A stretch of DNA of 64,000 bases. It comes from Ophelia neglecta. Its lineage: Eukaryota. The translations under genes were made by a program, and so were the position numbers. Positions 15,148-27,345 of this stretch are shown here, one piece after another (within the stretch, counting starts at the first letter, position 1; every line of letters begins with the position of its first letter). The notes under the pieces were generated by a model. It did not search any database. It had not been told where the DNA came from and saw nothing but the letters and a program-made list of their open reading frames with translations. The stretch spans positions 30,318,001 through 30,382,000 of the forward strand of contig OZ260666.1 of the NCBI GenBank assembly GCA_965285935.1, read 5' to 3'.

Positions 15148-15329
15148 TTTCACCATTTGCCATAGCAGCATTACCTCATATGGCATCTTAATCACCTTAA
15201 GAATGCAATTAATACTGTAATCGTATTATATGAAAGACAGTCTTTGACGATCTAGGAATGGACATTTACATCATGACATTAGGTCAAATATTTCCAGTGG
15301 TTTTCCAAATAAGCTAGATTTTATCACTG

Positions 15330-15653
15330 ATCCGACCTTATTAGCATACTTGATGTAATTAGTCGAGTATGAGTCATTAAAATGCAAAACTGATGTGCTT
15401 ATGATGTTCTTGGACCCTGAAAACATAGGTGTGGACACCATTTTTAGAAGGTTACCATGTATAATAAATGTGTTACAGCCAATAAACGGAATTTCAGTAA
15501 TGGCGGACTTAATTAGCATATTTTGGGAAATGCTCAAGGGATATCACCGGGCACCCTGTTGAATCCCTGTTAAGGACCCCCTAGACTATTGAAAACTGCA
15601 GAAAAAAAACTTCATCCGGCATTTCCACGTTTGACCCCTTGACTCCCGGACTA
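15330..15653 (-). repeat. Right imperfect terminal inverted repeat of the Academ element
   Basis: Reverse complement aligns by eye with 9537-9860. The inner boundary is approximate. Confidence 0.85.
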
Positions 15654-18600
15654 TTAGATTTCCCATAGATGTACATGATTTCCTAGTAGCATGCAATACA
15701 TGTACAGTACCTGTAATGTGGCTATAGTGCAATGATTGGTCATTGAGAAATAACATACTCTATCAGAAATTTGAATCTGTTGCAATTTAGTCAATAACTG
15801 TCCAATAATTAATGTTTTTATACAGGTGAAGCTGTGCTCTGCTAAGATGAGTAGGTAAAGGGAGTTGCCATAGTCATCTTGGTACAAATAAATAAACAAA
15901 GCTGAATTTAAAGCAGAATTTTGCATGTATGGCCAGGTACATGTATATGGTAAAATATGCCACAGTGACCTACTTTATAATAATCTGAGAGAGAAAAGAT
16001 TATACCAGCATTTGTAGACATTAAAGTGTAGGGCTTAGGTTTTTTGAGGGCAAGAATGCATCAACTGGGGCTGATGTATCAATGGATGCATGGACAACCA
16101 ACAGATGGCAATACGATTTGCAAGCCTGAGCTAAAAATCATCACCCACCTAAAGTAGAGGAACATGTACATACACTCTGTGCTCTAACAAAAAAATGATG
16201 GTGGCAAAGGACACGGAAATATTTCCGTACATGACTATTATATTGCAAGGGTCTGAGAAATCTTTGAAGTTTTTTGAATACTTGCTGTACTATTGTTTGG
16301 AATAGACAAATTAGTCTTAATCATAATTATTAATCTCCTGCCTTACCAAGTTTTGACTTTTGAGACCTGAGGAGCATTTACATACAGAACAAAAGGCTGA
16401 TTGAAATGGAATAAACTGGGGCACCAATATGTGCAGTGAATCTATTACATGTTTAGGCAAAAATCCTCAGTAAATAAGTAAATAATCATTGAACAAATAC
16501 ATCTACCTGGGAGTAGAGTGAACTATTCCCATTCTCAGGTCATTTACCCTAGTCTTTTTATTATAAGTTTCTATTAAAGTGGCACTTACAGTGATACAGT
16601 CTAGTGATTGGTACACAAAGTTCAGCAAAAACAAGCACAAGTGTACAAGATGGTGCCACAGGGAATAAAAATGTGTTTCATGTTAAATACTACTATCAGG
16701 TATCAAAACACTTAATTTATATCAACAACATTTACGCAACAATATATTGAGACACATTTTTGTGGCATTTAATTCCCACAATTTTGGTAAATCTGCGATA
16801 TTCGCAAACTGTAAAATAAAAGGCTTATATTATCAGAAAAGTCCAAAAGCTTGGAACATCTTTATCAATATTTTACAAACATGTACAAAGAAAAACTATT
16901 TCTGCAGGATTAATTTGGAACTCATTCAAAACAAAAATAAAAATTCCCATCAGGATCAATCCATATAAGACATCCCATTGATCATCTAGTATAATATTTA
17001 TTTATTTGTATCTGCTTTCTATTAAAGGGTAATATAAAACTTGATTAAATGAAAGTAAGCAGCTAAAAAGTGTGCAATGCTGTTAACAAGTTTACACAAT
17101 ATCTAATGATATTCTCTCAAAATAATTTCAATTATATATCAGGTACTGTGAGCCCATTTATGTTCACTATTTACTAGCATACATTGCATTTGTACACATT
17201 TATTTTTCTATTTTATTCCCTGTTGTGCACTAAATGGATCCATTAAACAGATAGTCATTTCGTTTAGCTTTGGAATCTTAGGGCTCCTATCCAGGGTCTT
17301 GAAAAAAGTGGAATATTTACTCTGTTTACAGTATCCAATATAGGTTGATCCTAGTTGGAGCTTTCATGTATTCTTAGGTAAGAGGTTATTTAAAAAAGTA
17401 TCAGTGTATACTGTACATGTCCATGTACATGTATGTTGCAACCACAGTCTTATGCATGTAGTGTTCAAGGACAGTTTATCATCTTAATAAAGGGCAAGTT
17501 TGTTTCATCATGGTAATCCAGTTTTCAGTTACTGAGCTGTCATACTTGTAAATACTAAGTATAGTTATCATTCATCGTAACCAATTCGCTAAATTGACAT
17601 ATTTATGTAAACATAAATGGGGCAATTACTTTTATATTTGCCTGATGTCAATCACCTTACTGGCTGTTCAGTAGGATTTGCCAACTCGGTGAATCTAGAA
17701 AGAATATATTTAGCACCTGAATAACTAACATTAGAACCTCAGAAGCATGGACAGCCATTGACAGCCACGCAGACCCATTGCCAAGGGGAGAGAAAATAAC
17801 ACAGCTCACTTCAAACACGTGGAAACTGGGCCACAGGTATTCTTTCCTAATAAATTGATATTGAAATTAGGATGCTTCATAGAGTAATTATACAATTTCA
17901 ATTTCCCACTAACTGATTATCAAAGCCCTGATTAGGGTTAGAAATTAAAACTTTTTCTGCTACTGGGTATTAACTATTTGTAGTTGAAATTTTTGCACTA
18001 GCAAACGGGTTGCTTGGACCAGCAAATAACATGTTCATGATCATGTACAATGTAGGCACAATAAATCTGGTAGTAGGTAATTGTTTCCTTAAACAACTTT
18101 TATAAGGGCAATTCATCATTGATGCAAACAAATTAAGTCCTGATGCATGACACAGTACAACTATTATGCACAATAATTGATCTACAATCTAGAAGGAGCA
18201 ATCTACATGAAAAATCCAACTAGTAACACTTTGCCAGTTCAAAAATATCCAGCATTTGGCTAGTTCCCTACTATTTGCTGGGAGCCCTGCTTATATGACT
18301 TACAACTATGCTAGAATACAAGGAAGCCGGATGCATGAACATGAAGGTTGCATTTTTTCTTCACAATAGGAGAAAGACACTGTTCTCTCTATACTTTTGC
18401 TCATTGCTTAATGTGCACTGGCAAAGCAATACAGTCAAACATGAATCTACCAGCAGGTAATTTACATATAGGAAGCATGTATGTCATCCTTCTCCAGGGA
18501 TGCTGAAACTACACGAATACTCAGTACTCAAATAATCTGCTCTTACTGTGCAAATAGCAACTTGTATAACCAATGGGCTATAATGTTCTCGTTGCCATGG

Positions 18601-21600
18601 AGCCACTATATGAAAGAGACAATAGAAGCTTAATAAAGGACCGTTTTATATACATACAGTGGATGCACAGTCCTCTTAACAATTGTTTCAAAATGTTGGT
18701 CAATTTTCCGTAGTTCAAAGTTGATTGCCAGTAAAATCATACATAATATACAATTATCTAAAACTATTGAATTAAGACTGTGGTTACAACTGCCAGTTTA
18801 AAACATGGCAAGCAGATTAAATGCCATAAATAAAAGTAATAGGATTTATTTCCAAACTAATGCTTAAGCATCTCTTGAACAGGTTAAAGTAATAAATGGC
18901 CATAGCAAAAATCAGTGAATCCATTGTTATTATTTCATTCAACAATCAAAATTAACCTATTGTTATTATTTCAAACATGATTCTGAAGAGATTTGTCAAT
19001 TAGATTGCAACGTCACAGCTGGCATAAAGATCAGTTGTATCCAGGATTTTTGATGAGTTTGGAGAAATTGAGAGACTCTGCCAATAAGGTGCTTAGAACA
19101 TTCCATGCCTAAAGTATCCAATCACATTTTATATTAATTAGTACTAGTTCCGAGTATGACAATCAAATAATCTGCCAAGCACAATGAAATAAATGTCAAA
19201 CTGTGAGATAATTAGGAAATAAACATGACAAGTTGTAACACAGTCCTGAAAAAGATATGGTGGTTGTGGTTTCCGATTGCACTGAGGCTGATAATCACGC
19301 CCAACTCTAGAAAATCTAATGGTATAACAAGGTATTGTGTATGCATAGTCATTGGCCTTCATATGCAATGGCTTTCTTTCAGGCCAAATGGACATTTATG
19401 ACCAGTCATCATGAAATGAGCTCTGTAATTTGCCAATATTGCACTCAATTAAACAATGATGACCATACTATATATGGTACAAATCTTGTCTTGTGATAGA
19501 ATATTCATAAAAAAATTCTTTCCTATCTGTCTAAACTAATATTAAAATCAAAGTAACAGGAATCACACATTAATTCTGTTGATAGGCTGGAGGTTAAAGT
19601 AAAACTAACATAGTTTACGACACAATGTGACAGCTACCGTCTAGAAGACAGCCCGAGGCTAGACATGGCTAGAGTTACTATCTCAGTTCAAATTAGTAAA
19701 CAAATTAGATAAAAGCCTTTAACAGGTGACTGGAATACTTAGTCTCTTCAAAATTTGGCAGAGTCTAGTAAATGTTCATGGCTTTATAGACATGATGATG
19801 TATGTAGGACATATTGTTATACTAGTGGGTTCAACATACCCAAAAATTGGCTCAGTTTCTAGAAGAAATTAATTTCAAAGGCTGAAATATCGAATATGTG
19901 GTTTTAATAACACATTTTTCAGCTTTTTGTAGAAGTGGGTCCAGGGCAGTTTAATATTGGCGAATATCACTTTGCGTTCTATTGACCGGATGTACTTTTG
20001 TTTGAAATAAGAGAGCATGTACCTTGGCCTGTTTCCAGAGAGATTGGGATAAAATGTGTTTCAGCACATGTCACATTTGACTTCTGCATTAGCATCTTTG
20101 TTACATTCTATCAGGGTTTTATGGGTGAAATATGACACTTTTATAGTTAGTATCAAATTAAAGATATATGTGATATAATAATTCATTAGTATTTAAAGAT
20201 ATTACAGTTATATGTAATTGCAAATCATATTAGTAATATATATTACATAACAATGAGAACAAAATGAAATCCTACCTGTATTTTCCAGCGTTCACCCAAC
20301 AGCATCCAACAAATAACAAAAGATGCACAAGGTGTGTGCTGTTGATCACTATCAAGCCATCTGTGTCCATTGAATGTCATCATGGTAGTCCACAAATGAA
20401 ACAAATGATTGTGCATGATTTATCGATGTCATGTATTGCAACAGGTATCAGTCTCAGCAACAGTGCATGTCAGTGCACATGATAGTGTAAAATCCAAGTG
20501 TCTTTAAGGATACCAATGCCACAGTTGACTGGTCGATATTTCACAGCAGAAATAAATATAAGTTAAGTGGTCATCTGATAGTTGACTAAAAACAGAGCAT
20601 CCAGTTGATAAATGAGTTTGTTAATGACTGTGTAATTATGTTGACCAGGTCAATAAAGTATATAGGCTACATGAGAGTGGCCAGATGTCTTGGCCCATTC
20701 CAGCCTGGACATACTTCATCCATCTCTCTCTTGGCAGCTTCCAATGATCAACAAATCCAGTTGATTATTCCAATGCACCAATCTGCTCAACTGCTTGGTC
20801 TCTGCTGCAGTCCATGTATCATTACAATACAATTTAACATTTACATGTATATTGTCATATAATGTGCTTATTTTAAGCCTGTCTCTCACTTAGCCCCTGT
20901 CTTTATTATTTAGTCAACATATGTTTCACAAATGGAAAAATCTCCTTAGTCTGGTTGATATAACAAGCAAATACACAGCAGATATTTAGCAAGGGCTGTG
21001 ATAGGCTTGGACCTTCAATACACTGGAAATACATTGCCTGCTGCCACCTGACAAACTCAATTTTTCATATTAAAGCGCCTTCTCCACTCCCAACTCGACC
21101 TACAAGCCTGTTGCATGCCAAACACACAGATCTGGATGCATTGCTATCTTTCACTAAATTTATGAGCTAAGTTTTTGTTCCACCAGTGAACAGTTTTAAA
21201 CAGATAAGTCTTATATCATTAAACTTTTTGCCATCAAGCCATTTGATCTAGCAATTTACTAGTACATAAGTTTTTTTTTTAAATGCATGGCTACATGTAT
21301 AGCAATTATGGTATTACCTCATTTTCTTTACAACACACAGCCCAGGATAATATTCCAAGCTTGAATGAAAAAAGGCTTTAATCAAACATAATGGGTATGA
21401 TTTAGTAACTGAAGAGTTGGCTAAGCCTGTATGCTATTGATTTCTAGTTTCTCCACACACTCACACAGCATTACCACAAACATGCACAAATGACTGAACA
21501 GGGATGAAAGATTGATGTGAGATATGCTAGTAACATACAGCGTGGCTTGCAAGGACAGAAACAGTGATCAGAAACTCTGAGCAGGACTGTACATGAACTT

Positions 21601-22724
21601 CAGGGGATTACAGAATCATCTATATACAATTTGTAGAACTGTATGTGCAAGAAAGAATAATTTACAATGAATATGATGACATACTTCCTATTACAAAGGA
21701 AACCATGTTTTAATAATAATTTACGTTATAATTACAACAATGTCAAGCAGAGATATTAGCTAGTTTCCCTAGAGACTTTGAGTGGACCTGGACAATGAGC
21801 ATTTCATGATGTCTCTACCTCTTGATTTGAGAGCCGTTCTTTTTACTTGAAGCATCTACAATTGTTTTACACATTATCAACATCAGCCAGAAGGAATATT
21901 TGTTACAGCTATCATGGGTTATAAACTAGGAGCAGTATTCTGCCAAAAAAGTCGCAATGAATTGAAGATCTGAGATGAGAAACTGTACAGAATATATATA
22001 CATACAATAGTACTACATGAATAATTATGCACATTTTACAAGCTAGTTTGGATAAAATGCACAATTATTTATTTTAGTTCTGCAGGTGTCGCATTAATTG
22101 TTAGAGGAGCATTTCTGCTTTACACTGGTTAAAAAACAATGGTAATTCCTGACCCTAGTTTGTTTTTATAATAGACATAAATCTGTTTTATGACCTCACT
22201 GCTAAAATTGCCGCCTTTCATATTCATCACCAAGACAATATTTTGTGCTTTAATTTGCCATTCTACCATTTAACAATACAACATTTGCTATCTTTTAATC
22301 ATCCATACTGACAGACCAGATCTCTGGATATGTTTACATGGCACAGGACATCTTCTAGGAATACACCATATCACAACTACATAATTGGAACAAATGTGTT
22401 TGACAATGGCTGTACCACAATCCTAGTTGCCATTCATACCATGCATACTATCTGTGACTATCTACATCGAGATCAAGTGGCGAATTCAGTAGCATGTCAT
22501 TTCACCCCAAAATGCACTTCAGGTTTTAAAATGAAGGGTAATTCACCACAAGGTTTTTGTCGACTCTTAATTCTGGATTCTATCAGCAGGATACTCAAAA
22601 GTTATGCATTTTGGTAGTTGTATGTTCACCATGCTTTTGTAGCATGTAGTATTAGATGTAGTTTTAGTTGGTAGCCGAGAATGAACCAAGCCTGCAGTCA
22701 AAGCTACAGAGCTTCCCCTTCTAG

Positions 22725-24293
22725 TCATACATCTGTCTCTATGCTGATGTTGTTTAAGCTAGTGGGGTTGTTGGACTTGGTATGATTCTGCTTGTGCGAG
22801 GGGTCTCCACCTGGGTTGAGGCTGACACCTTCTTCCATCTCCATTATATCAGAGCAGCTGTCGGAAGCGATTGAGCCTTTCTTTCCACCGCGGGGGAAGT
22901 TCGGACAACTTTGCACGTGGACGTAGCTTTGCTTGTCCTCATTGTCCGTCTCGCGATGGTAGAAGTAGTTGAAGTTTGACACGATTACAGGAACTGGCAG
23001 GGCAATGGTGAGCACGCCGGCGATGGCGCACAGCGACCCTACCAGCTTCCCCCACACTCCGATTGGCCGCATGTCTCCATATCCAACCGTCGTCATGGTC
23101 ACCACAGCCCACCAAAACGCGTCCGGAATACTCTTGAAGTGCGACTTTTTAGAGTCCGCCTCAGCAAAGTACACAGCGCTGGAGAATAATATCACGCCGA
23201 TAAAAAGGAAGAAGATGAGCAACCCAAGTTCTCGCATACTGGCTTTGAGAGTCTGTCCGAGGATTTGTAAACCTTTTGAATGTCTGGATAGCTTGAATAT
23301 CCTGAACACTCGCACTAATCGGATGACCCTCAGAATGGCAAGCGACATTGCCTGGTTATTTGACCTACCTTCATCTGCGATCACTGTACCCAGAGTGATG
23401 AAATAGGGAATGATGGCAACTATATCAATGAGGTTCATAATGTTCTTGAAGAAAACTAGCTTATCAGGGCAGGAGGCAAATCGAACCAGTAACTCCGAGG
23501 TAAACCATATTATACATGCAGTCTCTATGATAAAAAATGGTTCATTAAATTTTGGTATATCATCCTCCTCCATAGCTGGATCTGTCCCATTTTGTGTACT
23601 GTTCACAACACGATAAGTCTTAAATTCTGGAAGAGTCTCCAAACAGAAAATCACAATGGAAAGTAAGATGACAGTAACTGAAAATATTGCGATAAGACGA
23701 GCCGCCATGGAACTTTCGGGGTATTCGAACAGCAGCCAAACTCGCTTTTGGAATTCATTTTCTGGTAACGGCTTCACCTCCTCTTTTATGAAGCCCTCGT
23801 CCTCACGGTATTTTTCTATAATTTCCTCACTAAGTTCATAAAATTTTATCTCCTCCGAGAAAACGTCCAACGGCACATTGACAGGTCGCCGTAACCTGCC
23901 TCCACTCTGGTAATAATATAATATTGCATCAAAACTAGGTCTATTCCGATCGAAGAAATACTCATTTCGAAGAGGATCGTAGTACCTGTTCCTCCTTTGA
24001 GGGTCCCCGAGCAGGGTATCCGGGAACTGATTGAGTGTTTTGAGCTGGGTCTCGAACCTTAATCCGCTGACATTGATCACCACCCTCTCTGAGCACTCAA
24101 ATTCATTGCCTCCAACTCCAGGGCCTTCGTCCAGATTGGTGGCAGTGTGCTGATCCTCTTCTGTCAGCTTTGGGAAGGACCTGGAAAGAGGAAGGGTGGA
24201 TCGGAGGTTAGGATTCAGCATCGGATGCTGGTTCATGTACGCCGGTGGGATTGGGCCCCCGTTCCCCTCCAGACCTGCCATAGCCGCTTCCAT
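22725..24293 (-). CDS. KCNA (Shaker): Shaker/Kv1 voltage-gated potassium channel alpha subunit, single-exon isoform (522 aa)
   Basis: T1 domain [14 protein letters not shown]...[11 protein letters not shown]4 [23 protein letters not shown], filter TTVGYGD, S6 PVP, C-terminal PDZ ligand ETDV. The first ATG is at 24293 (the ORF-track start at 24332 is TTG). The N-terminus resembles the Aplysia Kv1 inactivation peptide. Confidence 0.98.
   Translation of the reverse strand: MEAAMAGLEGNGGPIPPAYMNQHPMLNPNLRSTLPLSRSFPKLTEEDQHTATNLDEGPGVGGNEFECSERVVINVSGLRFETQLKTLNQFPDTLLGDPQRRNRYYDPLRNEYFFDRNRPSFDAILYYYQSGGRLRRPVNVPLDVFSEEIKFYELSEEIIEKYREDEGFIKEEVKPLPENEFQKRVWLLFEYPESSMAARLIAIFSVTVILLSIVIFCLETLPEFKTYRVVNSTQNGTDPAMEEDDIPKFNEPFFIIETACIIWFTSELLVRFASCPDKLVFFKNIMNLIDIVAIIPYFITLGTVIADEGRSNNQAMSLAILRVIRLVRVFRIFKLSRHSKGLQILGQTLKASMRELGLLIFFLFIGVILFSSAVYFAEADSKKSHFKSIPDAFWWAVVTMTTVGYGDMRPIGVWGKLVGSLCAIAGVLTIALPVPVIVSNFNYFYHRETDNEDKQSYVHVQSCPNFPRGGKKGSIASDSCSDIMEMEEGVSLNPGGDPSHKQNHTKSNNPTSLNNISIETDV
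24175..24212 (-). other. Internal 3' splice acceptor within the Shaker CDS (common exon would start at 24180, phase 2)
   Basis: Minus strand reads CCTAACCTCCGATCCACCCTTCCTCTTTCCAG|GTCCTT: branch motif CTAAC (branch A at 24208), pyrimidine tract and CAG|G, splitting Arg38 just before SFPKL. Confidence 0.8.
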
Positions 24294-24299
24294 CCTGCT

Positions 24300-24870
24300 G
24301 TCTTGGAGGTTCGGTCGGAGCACGGGGGTCAACCCCCACTTCTCTACAAACTCTAATTTCGAAATTTTGGCTGGCGGCTGTTCTATGCTATTGTATGTTG
24401 CATTAATGCTAATACTCCTACAATATGGCGGCTAGCAGAATGAAAGCAGATCCCGGATGGAAATTGAACTCGGTTGACGTCACGACACAATTCATGTTAT
24501 AGTAAACAGGCAAAGGGATTCGTCCACGATCATTTCGATCAATTGGACCCCAGTTTCCCAGTTCGCCGCCATGAATCGATGACAGTCTCTAAAGGCAACG
24601 TGCATAGTGAGTCCAGCGCAGTCAAGCATGTCATGTACGGCCATTTGACAACAATTCGAGCGCAGTAATATCTAAACAGTTCGAGCATCTCCCTATTATA
24701 CATACAGCCCGCTGGCTACCATTCTTAACGCAGGAACAAGTAGCCATGGATAACTATTCGACGAGCTACGCAGCCATGTTTGCGTATGTCATTCCCTCGC
24801 GTGGGGCCCGGAAACATGAATAGAATGGACACAAAACCCGCACACGAAGCCTCGTGAAAAAAGACTTATG
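24300..24870 (-). promoter_or_regulatory. CpG-enriched proximal 5' region/promoter of Shaker, with one CRE palindrome at 24475-24482
   Basis: Local CpG enrichment against a CpG-poor background. TGACGTCA at 24475. TSS not determinable. Confidence 0.45.
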
Positions 24871-26824
24871 ATTGGGTCACAGCCCGGGTAAAGAATATGT
24901 AAACATTGGAAGAAAATTCTTTATAAATTATCATTCTATTTATTTCGTTTGCATAATCTTTCTTTAGTTGCAACATATATAAAACAAGTGCAATAATTAA
25001 AGTGACCAGCTAATGTTATGCCCTAAAATACAGTTGACAGCATGAAAATTAGCTCGAATACATGAAATCGCGTTGGCCAATAAGACCCCTTGTTACTATT
25101 ATAATTAGGCAGTGGAGGCTACGTCTTCCGCGAAAGGTTGTGAATCGGTCACCAACTCACACAAATCGTACAGATATCTGTGGATTACAGGTGCACAATC
25201 CTATGAGACTGGGGCATATTTTAATGTTTACTTCTAGGCATTATATCAGGTGGATTTATGTGTTAGTTAAAGGCTAGGTAGAACCTCTATGAGGCCTAGA
25301 AGTGGTGCGCAAAAGAGACGACTAATGGCGGATGAAGACGGCACACCTTATTTCAAACGGTACGGCAGTGAAGGCACCTGCTGGATATAGTGCGGGGGGC
25401 GCTCCCGACGGGGATGTGTTATTTCACATACTATGACACTTATCAATCCTATTCGGTTGGGATGCGCCTATCTACAAGTACTTATACTCAAGTGGCATGT
25501 TATAAGTATACAAATGGCATTTGAACACGTACACTAGATGCGGTGCATTCATTTGCACCTCACAGTGACTTCAGGCGCTATTACCAATGTACGTTTGCAC
25601 GCATGTGAGACATGTACCTGAAGAATTACTTGTACATACGAGTAATTTCATCAGACAGTGTCGAGGTTATTAATATCCTATCAAAATAATATATCTACGT
25701 ATTTATTATATGAATTCTGTGTTTGAACTACAAGTATATATTATGTATCTTACGGTATGTAGGCCACCTAAATAAACAATGGAACTTTTAAAACATGACT
25801 AGATCTATTGGGCTTCAGTTTTTTGCTAGTGAACTAAAACTATTCAAGTAGCAAAATTTAATGCAGCTGAGTATTGCCAGACTTCAGGTTCCAAAGAGTT
25901 GTACAATTAAAATACACTTTCAAAAGTTCCACCCTAGAAAACAAAATCATGCTAAGTTAGCTGGGCTGAGATTGTGACATTGTTATTAACTATTAATTGG
26001 TCATGTGGGGTTATTGTGAAATGGGAACATCAAAACTGTGTAAAACATATTTAATGTTTCAGAAATGAAGTCTATAATATCACAACACCGCAATCTGCCT
26101 CAAAATAAACATCTCATTTCAAATTTCTAATAACGACCATGATGAAATGCACCCCTTGATTCTGTTTCGAATAAAGAAAATAAATCAGGCTGAGACCTGG
26201 GTGTTTCAATATCACTGTGGAGCACGTAGGGTTGCACTGTGACGATATCTTGAGGGGGTTCGACCCCGGGTTCGACAAATACTTGAGGTTACTTTCATGA
26301 GTATCAAATGCAAACATATAGGTATCCTGTAATTCTTGCACATTTTGACACAACCGTCTTGTCTAGCCTTTTTACTTACCGGGTAATTATGCACTAAGTC
26401 TTACAACGTTACAAATTTATTATCATTTTTGCCCATTTAAATTTCAAAATAAAAATAATGTTATTGACACTGATTTACAAATGCTTCACCAAATAGCTGG
26501 CTTTTCCTTCCCATGTTCCATAAACATTTTGTTGCTAATTTGAAATAGTATTTTTTACTGAGTACTAACTTCAAATTACACCTGTTTGCCTATATACTCC
26601 CCCATTTTGGTAGTCAAGATATTTCATAAGACCATTTATACAAATGGTTAATGTGGCTACAAAAACAACAATGATTTATGTGTCCTCATGTATGCATCTT
26701 ATACAGGTACAAAAAAATACAAAGAAAATGATTCCGGCAAACATATATTATTCCCATTCTAGATGATATTAAAAATTACTCGCATTTTGTATATTTTCCG
26801 ATTACACTTTTACAAACTATTTTT

Positions 26825-27071
26825 TTGCGGCACACCCCTACGTAGCGCTCGCTATTTGGAGTGGCCCCCACCGCCATTGGCTAGTTCTGCCGTGCACCAA
26901 GGAATGAGGAGAGAGCGTTGGCTGCACATGTCGGTGACTGGCTTGATATGGGCGATAAAAACACTAAATAGGCGCTGAAAATTACCCACTAAACAGACGA
27001 GTTGCTGACCACAAGACGACGAATTAACTCTACCACACTGAAGTATCAGGTAGAACGGTAAAAAACGCAAG
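26825..27071 (+). promoter_or_regulatory. CpG-enriched promoter/5'UTR of SNRNP70
   Basis: CpG-rich stretch directly before the ATG at 27072, with a YY1-like CCGCCAT at 26871. Confidence 0.5.
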
Positions 27072-27215
27072 ATGACGCAGTATTTGCCACCGAATTTGCT
27101 GGCGCTTTTCGCTCCAAGGGACCCGATGCCGTATATGCCTCCTACGGACAAGCTTCCACATGAGAAAAAGCAAGATACGTACATCGGTGTGGCCCAGTTT
27201 TTGAACCACTTTGAG
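27072..27215 (+). CDS. SNRNP70: U1 snRNP 70 kDa protein, coding exon 1
   Basis: [24 protein letters not shown]...FLNHFE is the conserved U1-70K N-terminus. Donor GAG|GTAAAG, phase 0. Confidence 0.97.
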
Positions 27216-27298
27216 GTAAAGTATAGGGCCCATTCAAGTTTTCTAGCGAACGTCCATGTTTGTTAAAAAAATTTACAAGTAAATGTAGGTTAACTTAC

Positions 27299-27345
27299 TT
27301 CACCCTTGGAAAACTTTCGAGCATGGCTGAAACAATAGTCGTCAT
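27299..27345 (-). CDS. Candidate short alternative Shaker first exon (MTTIVSAMLESFPRVK)
   Basis: 47 nt from ATG to the strong donor GAA|GTAAGT, phase 2. TATAAA lies ~45 nt upstream on the minus strand. Short, so chance is possible. Confidence 0.35.

Larger units (their letters stand above)
9537..15653 (+). mobile_element. Academ-superfamily DNA transposon (AcademX type), full length, inactivated
   Basis: Termini TAGTCCGGGAGTCAA (9537) and TTGACTCCCGGACTA (15653) are perfect 15-bp inverted repeats continuing as ~300-bp imperfect TIRs. TTA flanks both ends (9534-9536, 15654-15656). TAG termini, a 3-bp TSD and a transposase + XPG + Cys-rich protein match Academ. Confidence 0.9.

Noticed and set aside
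15700-22724. Possible long Shaker 3'UTR
   Set aside because: Several AATAAA-like signals exist on the minus strand, but the end cannot be placed without RNA data.
22969-23841. Plus-strand ORFs of 145, 68 and 61 aa
   Set aside because: Antisense shadows of the Shaker CDS.
24294-24332. 13-aa N-terminal extension of Shaker in the ORF track
   Set aside because: Starts at TTG. The homology-consistent start is the ATG at 24293.
26225-26280. Two GGTTCGAC B-box-like motifs suggesting tRNA/SINE
   Set aside because: No cloverleaf or clear A-box could be built.
26374-26440. Consensus minus-strand donor CCG|GTAAGT upstream of Shaker
   Set aside because: No open phase-2 frame with an ATG. At most a non-coding exon, which cannot be supported.
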